DNA of 32,562 bases, taken from assembly GCA_023245725.1 (NCBI GenBank), contig JAHFJU010000006.1, forward strand, positions 1 through 32,562, given 5' to 3'. Of this stretch, positions 26,593 through 32,562 are shown piece by piece. Source of the stretch: Candidatus Peregrinibacteria bacterium (GTDB lineage Bacteria > Patescibacteriota > Gracilibacteria > UBA1369 > UM-FILTER-53-11). Positions within the stretch are counted from its first letter, which is position 1; the number at the start of each line of letters is the position of its first letter. Below the pieces are notes generated by a model, which saw only the letters and a program-made list of their open reading frames with translations, was not told where the DNA came from and searched no databases. The position numbers and the translations under genes were made by a program.

Positions 26593-26622
26593 AAAAGAGA
26601 GGTCTTACGGCCTCTCTTTTTT
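26593..26622. terminator. Bidirectional intrinsic terminator between convergent genes
   Basis: AAAAGAGAGG-TCTTACGG-CCTCTCTTTT(TT). Confidence 0.85.
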
Positions 26623-26645
26623 GTTTATAACAAAACAGTGCATTC

Positions 26646-26888
26646 TTAAATATTTTTATATGTGCTCTCATCTCGTATTGAAATTTTAACTATTTTGTTT
26701 TCGCCACCATTCACAACGAAAATTATCCTATAGTTCCCGAGTCTAACTCTAAAATAATTTTTTCTGCCAACTAGAGCTTTTATACTGGGGACTTTTGTAT
26801 AATCTTTTTTAATCTGGAGCATTAACAGCATCATTGCATTCAGCTCATTTTTTCTGAGTTTTCTTAATAATTTTTCAATTGCGTTCAC
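26646..26888 (-). CDS. RelE/ParE family toxin
   Basis: 80 aa and basic, with IKALVG..NYFRVRLGNYRIIF..IRDESTYK. The GTG start overlaps the antitoxin 3' end. Confidence 0.85.
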   Translation of the reverse strand: MNAIEKLLRKLRKNELNAMMLLMLQIKKDYTKVPSIKALVGRKNYFRVRLGNYRIIFVVNGGENKIVKISIRDESTYKNI

Positions 26889-27129
26889 GTTGAATTTTCT
26901 TTAATAGAGTAATCATTTCGTCTGTCGTAACTCCTTTCCCATCGTTATCTTTATCAGCATCGAAAAGCACTTCTTCGCTTGCAGTAAGCTCTGAAACATC
27001 TACTGGTTTTATTTGAATTCCGCTATCTGTTATCTGCAGAACATATAGGTCGGTGTTAAATTTAGCACGCCATTTTTTAGGGAGTGTTACTTGCCCTTTC
27101 GGTGTGGATTTAATTATGTGTGTTTCCAT
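26875..27129 (-). CDS. AbrB/MazE/SpoVT family antitoxin
   Basis: From ATG 27129: METHIIKSTPKGQVTLPKKWR, with an acidic C-terminal half. Confidence 0.88.
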   Translation of the reverse strand: METHIIKSTPKGQVTLPKKWRAKFNTDLYVLQITDSGIQIKPVDVSELTASEEVLFDADKDNDGKGVTTDEMITLLKKIQRERN

Positions 27130-27139
27130 AAATTTTAAT

Positions 27140-27188
27140 AGTAGGAATTTCCTACTTTTAGTATATTCCTTTTTTCTACTCACGGCAA
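27140..27188 (-). promoter_or_regulatory. Toxin-antitoxin promoter with palindromic operator
   Basis: Minus-strand TTGCCG (27188-27183)-N17-TATACT (27165-27160). The inverted repeat AGTAGGAA-T-TTCCTACT at 27140-27156 covers the predicted start site. Confidence 0.75.
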
Positions 27189-27318
27189 TTGAGTGTACGG
27201 TTATATGGCAGTGTTTTCCACCGCTGTGCGGTGCGAAGTAGTGTGTGCATATAAAAAACTGTTTGAGTGCGCTAAACTAATACCGAATTTATTCACAAGC
27301 AAGAATCCTGAAATATTT

Positions 27319-28185
27319 ATGAAACGTTACTGTGTAATCGGTTCGCCAATTGCCCACTCACTGTCACCGGCAATGCATAATGCAGCTTTTGCGGCTCTGG
27401 AGCTAAATAAACAGGCTCATTACGAAGCTGTTGAAGTAATGCCAAATGAACTCGAAAATTTCATGAGTGTATTTGCGCAGCAGTACGCTGGCATGAATGT
27501 AACAATTCCGCATAAAGAGGCTGTTATGAAATATCTCGATGAGGTCGATGATTGCGCTCGAACAATTGGCGCTGTTAATACAGTTAAAGTCGATGGTGGC
27601 AAATTGATCGGATACAACACAGACTGGAGCGGTTTTACAGCTGCTCTACTTGAAGGAATCCAACAAAAATCGCATTTGTCGGCTAATGAACAGACTTCTG
27701 TAAAAACAATTTTTCAACATAAACCGGTTCTTGTTGTAGGTGCTGGTGGTGCGGCTCGTGCAGTTTGCTTTGCATTGTCGCAATTGGGCGCGCAGTTATA
27801 TGTTACAAATCGAACAATTGAGAAAGCTCAAAAACTTGCACATGATTTTAGAGGAGTCGCCCTTTCACACGACAAACTTGCTTCTATTGAGCCATCTTTG
27901 GTTGTTAATGTGACTTCGCTTGGTATGAATCCTCATGAATTTGAATCTCCTGTTTCGGTATCTTTATGGCAAAAATGGAAGCATTCAAAAATAACTCAGT
28001 ATAGTTTCGACTGCGTTTATAATCCTCTAAATACTCAATTTTTAAAGGATTCAATTTCGGCAGGATTCGTGGCAATTACCGGTGACGGAATGTTGGTTCA
28101 CCAAGGATCCGAGTCTTTTGAATTGTTCACAGGCAAAAAAGCGCCAATTGAAGCCATGAAGAAAGCAGTTGTCGTTAAACTATGA
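27319..28185 (+). CDS. aroE: Shikimate dehydrogenase
   Basis: GSPIAHSLSPAMHN, NVTIPHK, GAVNTV, GYNTD, GAGGAARA, NRT, DCVYNP, GMLVHQG. Start moved to ATG 27319. Confidence 0.95.
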   Translation: MKRYCVIGSPIAHSLSPAMHNAAFAALELNKQAHYEAVEVMPNELENFMSVFAQQYAGMNVTIPHKEAVMKYLDEVDDCARTIGAVNTVKVDGGKLIGYNTDWSGFTAALLEGIQQKSHLSANEQTSVKTIFQHKPVLVVGAGGAARAVCFALSQLGAQLYVTNRTIEKAQKLAHDFRGVALSHDKLASIEPSLVVNVTSLGMNPHEFESPVSVSLWQKWKHSKITQYSFDCVYNPLNTQFLKDSISAGFVAITGDGMLVHQGSESFELFTGKKAPIEAMKKAVVVKL

Positions 28186-28208
28186 TGCTGCTCATTTTCA
28201 GATATTCC

Positions 28209-29018
28209 CTATTTTAGAAAATCTGCGCCGTCTACATCGGGAGGAGGAGGTGCATCTTCAACTTCTGTTGCAGCTTCGCCGTAGTCTGAACCAAGTGCAA
28301 CTTGGCTCATCATAAAATCTGTGCCGTATAGGCTCCACAACCAGCGGTAGAACATTTCTGTTACTGAGGTGTAGAAACCCATAGCAGTCCACAAAAGTGG
28401 GAGTGTTGCGAACAAAACAGATGTTGGATTGTGTCCTGTGAATTCAAATATTGTAAGTACAGTTGCTGAAGACATAACAGTTGCAAAAATAACGCCGTAA
28501 AATCCTACAAGCGCGTAACGAATGTTGCCTACAATTTCAAGAATTACCATGCTTGCAAGCGCAGAAAGCACTACATGGAATCCTGCCAAAAAGCTCACCA
28601 TAGAAACTGCACTTCGTGAGTCTAGTAAAAAATATAGTGGGCCAAGCAATACGAAAATTGCCAAATTTACAAAGAATATTTGATACATCGAAGTTGTTCG
28701 GCGAACGTATTTTGATGATTGTACAAAGCTAAAAAAGAGCGAGCCAAGCAAGTTTGCAACTAGCGATGAAATAAAAATCATTGCCATGAAAACGAAAATG
28801 AAGAGTGGGTTTTTTCCGCTTCCGTCAGATGTTGTTCCATCTACTATCACGCTGTTCCAGCCTGAATTTAGAATTGTAGATGCGCTCAAAAATATTACGA
28901 GCAAAACAAGCATGCCTATTATGCCGCCTCCTAATCCTGCAAATGATTTTAAAACCAAGGTTAAAAAGCCAGAAGATGGAGGGCCGACGTTTGTGTCTTG
29001 AGAAGTGGTTTCGTTCAT
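28209..29018 (-). CDS. Multi-pass membrane protein, hypothetical
   Basis: 269-aa ORF with about six long hydrophobic segments and an acidic tail. Confidence 0.8.
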   Translation of the reverse strand: MNETTSQDTNVGPPSSGFLTLVLKSFAGLGGGIIGMLVLLVIFLSASTILNSGWNSVIVDGTTSDGSGKNPLFIFVFMAMIFISSLVANLLGSLFFSFVQSSKYVRRTTSMYQIFFVNLAIFVLLGPLYFLLDSRSAVSMVSFLAGFHVVLSALASMVILEIVGNIRYALVGFYGVIFATVMSSATVLTIFEFTGHNPTSVLFATLPLLWTAMGFYTSVTEMFYRWLWSLYGTDFMMSQVALGSDYGEAATEVEDAPPPPDVDGADFLK

Positions 29019-29062
29019 AAAATTTATCTTAATTACTATCTTAGTATTTTACCATAATTTGT

Positions 29063-29569
29063 CTAATCTGTGAATTCACTGGATTTTACTATCCATTTAT
29101 TGGCCGCAACCAGAATAAGAACACCTATTGTTAAGTACGCATCTGCTAAATTAAAGCTCGGGAAAAAAGATGGGCTTAAAAAATCTATTACATACCCGTG
29201 CCAAATTCGATCAATAAAGTTGCCTAGTGTTCCGGAAATTACAAAAACCAGTGCGATTTTCGTAATTTTATTTGATGTATCGCACGTTTTTTTTACCAAA
29301 TAAATAATTACCGCTAATAGAAGTGGTGTTATAAATGCGACCAGCTTTCCAGAAATCGGTAGAGAAAATGCGATCTTGGAATTATGTGAAACCGTCAGCG
29401 AAAAATAGTTCGAAATTACAGCTATAGTTTTTCCGTTTGCCAAATATAATTCTGCGAAAAACTTTGTTAGGTAATCCATTGTTACAAATTCTGCAACCGC
29501 TCCAATATAGAAAATATTATCCTGTACAAAACGTCCTAGAGGAGTAGTCGATTGCGATGTCGTATTCAT
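29063..29569 (-). CDS. lspA: Lipoprotein signal peptidase II
   Basis: DYLTK, HNSKIAFS, GTLGNFIDRIWHGYVIDF, FNLAD. Both catalytic Asp residues are present. Confidence 0.93.
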   Translation of the reverse strand: MNTTSQSTTPLGRFVQDNIFYIGAVAEFVTMDYLTKFFAELYLANGKTIAVISNYFSLTVSHNSKIAFSLPISGKLVAFITPLLLAVIIYLVKKTCDTSNKITKIALVFVISGTLGNFIDRIWHGYVIDFLSPSFFPSFNLADAYLTIGVLILVAANKWIVKSSEFTD

Positions 29570-29577
29570 ACTTACTT

Positions 29578-29587
29578 AGTATATACT
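29578..29587. promoter_or_regulatory. Palindromic bidirectional -10 element between lspA and ftsW
   Basis: AGTATATACT gives TATACT on both strands within a 28-bp intergenic gap. Confidence 0.6.
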
Positions 29588-29597
29588 GTGCCAGCTT

Positions 29598-30842
29598 ATG
29601 CTGAAAACTTTTCGCTCTGGGCGAGTCGATATGGTACTTCTTGTAACAGTTGTAATGCTTCTGGTATTTAGCGTTATTATGATGACGAGTATTGGCGTTC
29701 CAAAAAGCATTTCTCTCACAAAGCCTGTCGGTCAATTGTTCCCTGCGTGCGGTGAAGATGGCGTGGATTGTTTCTTTTTAATGCGCAGGCATATGTTTCG
29801 TATTTTGGCTGGATTAGTCGCGATGTTTTTCGCATTTAGAATTCCTGTGAAGTTTTGGAAAAAAATTGCTGTTGGTATTTTTTTTCTTACTTTGGCTATG
29901 CTTTTTGGAGTTTTAATTTTGGGTTCAACAAGTAATACTTTTGCACGAGCTTGGCTAGTTTTTGCTAATACTTCAATTCAACCTGCCGAAATTGCAAAAC
30001 TTGCGCTCGTTTTTTATTTGGCAACATGGATGGAGCGTCGCGGTCGCGATTTGTTGGATTTTAAAAATGGCTTTTTGTCTTTTTGTTTAGTGACGGGAAC
30101 TTTAATTTTTCCTGTTATTTTACAGCCTGATTTCGGGTCAACTTTAGTTTATGCAACTATCGCTACATCGATTTACTTTGTTGCTGGTGCGCGGTTGCGC
30201 CATATTACAGTTGGTTTGGCGGTTGTTGCTGTGTTTGTGCTTGTGGTTGTTCCATCTGTTCCTTACTTGAAATATCGGTTTACCTCGTTTTTAAATCCTT
30301 CAGTCGAAAATTGTCAGCCAGAAGTTAAAGAAGGAGAACAGCGAAGAAATTATTGTTGGCAGACTGAACAGGCGAAAATTGCTGTAGGTAGTGGGGGATT
30401 TTTCGGTAAGGGATTAACGCAGGGAATTCAAAAGGCATACTGGTTGCCACAGGCGACAGATGATTTTATTTTTGCTGCGTCGGCAGAAGAACTTGGATTT
30501 ATTAGGATTATTTTTATTGTGATTGCATATGTTGTTATTGCTCATAGAGGGCTACTAATAGCCCAGCATGCCCCAGATCGTTTTGAACAGCTAGTTGCGG
30601 TTGGTCTTACTTCATGGCTGACAATTCAGGCATTTATCAATATTATGGTAAATATAGGGCTCATGCCAGTTACTGGAATCACATTGCCGTTCGTGAGTTA
30701 CGGTGGAACGTCGATGGTTTCAACTCTCGCCGCCGCTGGAATCCTTTTACAAATTTCACGCTCAGCAACACCATATTATGCGAATAGTCTTTACAGGAGG
30801 AGGAACGGGGGGACATATACTTCCCAACATCGCAGTTATTGA
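29598..30842 (+). CDS. ftsW: SEDS-family peptidoglycan glycosyltransferase FtsW
   Basis: ARAWL, IQPAEIAKL, LQPDFGS, GSGGFFGKG, LPQATDDFIF..AEELG, PVTGITLPFVSYGGTS. Adjacent to murG. Confidence 0.93.
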   Translation: MLKTFRSGRVDMVLLVTVVMLLVFSVIMMTSIGVPKSISLTKPVGQLFPACGEDGVDCFFLMRRHMFRILAGLVAMFFAFRIPVKFWKKIAVGIFFLTLAMLFGVLILGSTSNTFARAWLVFANTSIQPAEIAKLALVFYLATWMERRGRDLLDFKNGFLSFCLVTGTLIFPVILQPDFGSTLVYATIATSIYFVAGARLRHITVGLAVVAVFVLVVVPSVPYLKYRFTSFLNPSVENCQPEVKEGEQRRNYCWQTEQAKIAVGSGGFFGKGLTQGIQKAYWLPQATDDFIFAASAEELGFIRIIFIVIAYVVIAHRGLLIAQHAPDRFEQLVAVGLTSWLTIQAFINIMVNIGLMPVTGITLPFVSYGGTSMVSTLAAAGILLQISRSATPYYANSLYRRRNGGTYTSQHRSY

Positions 30843-32172
30843 GGAGATTATTAAGAATACATTCTGTAAATCTTTATCTCAACATGCGGCCACAACTAAA
30901 AATGAAAATTGTTTAGATATTTTATATATCGGAACTAAAAATAATTCCGAGCAGCAGCTTGTCGAGAGCGAGATGCGAAGAATTATAGAAAGTCTACAGG
31001 TTGAGCAGTTGAATAATTCGAAAGTATTACACAATAATGTTCAACATAATTCGGTAAACGCCAAAGCTACTATTGCGCTTTCTTGGCAGTATAAAGCCAT
31101 TTCGTCTGGTAAATTGCGTCGATATTTTTCGTTGAAAAATGTTACTGATACAGCACGCATTATGGCAGGATTTTTTCAGTCATTCGCCCAACTTAAATCT
31201 TTCAAGCCAGATGTTGTTTTTTGCAAAGGAGGATATGTAACTGTTCCTGTTGCAGCCGCTGCTTATATTTTAAATATTCCGGTTTGGATACACGAATCAG
31301 ATGTTTCTTTGGGGCTTGCGACCCGTATAAATAGTAAATTTGCTAAGCGAATTTTTGTGTCGTTCGAAGAGACAAAAAAATATTTTACAGGATCTCGTGC
31401 AGCTAAAGTCCAGGTAGTTGGAAACCCGATTCGCGCTTCTGTAACGCACGGAAACGCGCAGCGTGCTCGTGAATTCCTCTTGAATGCGCAGATGATTAAA
31501 GGTGGAGAAACTGATAAAAAAGGGCTGTTTTTTCATGGGTTTAGTGAGAAAATTCCGGTAATTTTGGTTATGGGTGGTTCGCTTGGTTCTCAATTTGTTA
31601 ATGAAGCGCTTGATAAATCGTTAGATGTACTGCTCAAGGAGTACGCGGTTATTCATATAACTGGTAACGAAGGGGAGCAACTAATACGTCACGAGCGATA
31701 TCGTTCGTTTCATTTCATTAATGAAGAGTTGCCCGATTGTTACGCGCTCGCCGATGTTATCGTCTCGCGCTCGGGTGCAGGCAGCGTTTTTGAATGCGCC
31801 GCCGTTAAAAAACCAACTGTTTTCATTCCACTCTCAAGTCGTGCCAGCAGAGGAGATCAAATTGAAAATGCTAAGGCGGCGGCGCGCTTTATGAATGCCC
31901 ATGTCATAGAAGAAGAACAACTACTTAAAAATCCTTCAATTTTGCCACAGGCTATTCATAAAATTATGTCTGAACAAATTGAACAAAATCCTGAAAAAAA
32001 TAATCGAGAGAAAAACATGCGCATTGGCCAACTAGGTCAAAAAAATGGCGCATCTTCAATGGGCGTATCCAGAGAGCATGAGCATTCTGTAACCAACTCA
32101 AACTCCATACTAAATATTAATGCCGCCGAAGTTATTGCTTCTCAATTGTCTTATTTTCCTTCAAATTTGTAG
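30778..32172 (+). CDS. murG: Lipid I N-acetylglucosamine transferase MurG, with several insertions
   Basis: MRIVFTGGGTGGHILP from ATG 30778, SGKLRRY, KGGYV, IHESD, VGNPIR, MGGSLG, SRSGAG, DQIENA. Confidence 0.93.
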   Translation: MRIVFTGGGTGGHILPNIAVIEEIIKNTFCKSLSQHAATTKNENCLDILYIGTKNNSEQQLVESEMRRIIESLQVEQLNNSKVLHNNVQHNSVNAKATIALSWQYKAISSGKLRRYFSLKNVTDTARIMAGFFQSFAQLKSFKPDVVFCKGGYVTVPVAAAAYILNIPVWIHESDVSLGLATRINSKFAKRIFVSFEETKKYFTGSRAAKVQVVGNPIRASVTHGNAQRAREFLLNAQMIKGGETDKKGLFFHGFSEKIPVILVMGGSLGSQFVNEALDKSLDVLLKEYAVIHITGNEGEQLIRHERYRSFHFINEELPDCYALADVIVSRSGAGSVFECAAVKKPTVFIPLSSRASRGDQIENAKAAARFMNAHVIEEEQLLKNPSILPQAIHKIMSEQIEQNPEKNNREKNMRIGQLGQKNGASSMGVSREHEHSVTNSNSILNINAAEVIASQLSYFPSNL

Positions 32173-32562
32173 TCAAAGCCGTTCCTGCAAGTACCATCAA
32201 CGTATAACTTGCCGCCAATTCTTCGAACGAGTGAGTGAATAACCCAGCGACACATACTCCTATCAACCCCAAAAAGACACCATGTGAAAGTGGCGTTTTT
32301 GCTTTATATAAGGCTTGCAATAGTGACCCCGTAAATATTATAAATAGCATTCCACCAAGGTATCCCATCTCGACAAAAATCTGCAAAAACCAGTTTTCTG
32401 TGAGAAAAGGAGTAAACCGATCAGCCGCTGGCCCAACGGTTCCAACACCAAGCCCAAGTGGATTGTTTTGCAAGGCTGTAAGCCCATTTTGAATGTATTG
32501 GGCGTGAAGAGAAGTCGATCCGGTTCTGGTTAAAATGCTTTTTACGGGATTCTGATGCTGTG
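32132..32562 (-). CDS. O-antigen ligase (Wzy_C) family protein, 3' part only
   Basis: The frame is open to the window edge: RTGSTSLHAQYIQNGLTALQNNPLGLGVGTVGPA..ENWFLQIFVEMGYLG..GLFTHSFE. Confidence 0.8.
   Translation of the reverse strand, partial: QHQNPVKSILTRTGSTSLHAQYIQNGLTALQNNPLGLGVGTVGPAADRFTPFLTENWFLQIFVEMGYLGGMLFIIFTGSLLQALYKAKTPLSHGVFLGLIGVCVAGLFTHSFEELAASYTLMVLAGTALTTNLKENKTIEKQ

Noticed and set aside
27130..27318. Longer ORF-track starts for the antitoxin (27183) and aroE (27193)
   Set aside because: The extensions run through the predicted promoter/operator and intergenic DNA, and family homology begins at ATG 27129 and ATG 27319.
30703..30842. murG start at 30703, or an ftsW-murG frameshift fusion
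   Set aside because: The canonical MurG N-terminus begins at ATG 30778, both genes are complete, and I saw no slippery site.

Overview
This looks like a chromosomal window from a Patescibacteria/CPR bacterium, most like Candidatus Peregrinibacteria (inference from gene content). It uses the standard genetic code, since a 4280-codon ORF has no in-frame TGA. Bases 1-2924 are a higher-GC, minus-strand pair of myxobacterium-style surface-protein genes. One of them is a >704-aa ORF missed by the ORF track, carrying a degenerate M23/LytM domain, Pro-rich stalks and MopE-like Cys motifs. Bases 3130-20968 are a plus-strand surface locus. It has a type IV pilin, a 4280-aa multidomain protein (C25-like, Ig, VCBS, DUF11, FecR-like, PKD, SLH) and four secreted helical proteins that all end in Cys-X-stop, three of them sharing a C-terminal heptad. 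This locus is the best candidate for an undescribed system. Bases 21038-22030 hold a Zn-ribbon gene, an excisionase-type HTH gene, a phased array of DnaA-box-like 9-mers and a structured non-coding segment that may be an ncRNA. The rest is mostly housekeeping: mscS, a membrane metal-hydrolase-like gene, SPFH, a lipoprotein, an AbrB/RelE toxin-antitoxin pair with operator, aroE, lspA, ftsW, murG and a partial O-antigen-ligase-family gene. I saw no tRNA, rRNA, CRISPR array or transposase. All domain calls are by eye from motifs; no searches were run.
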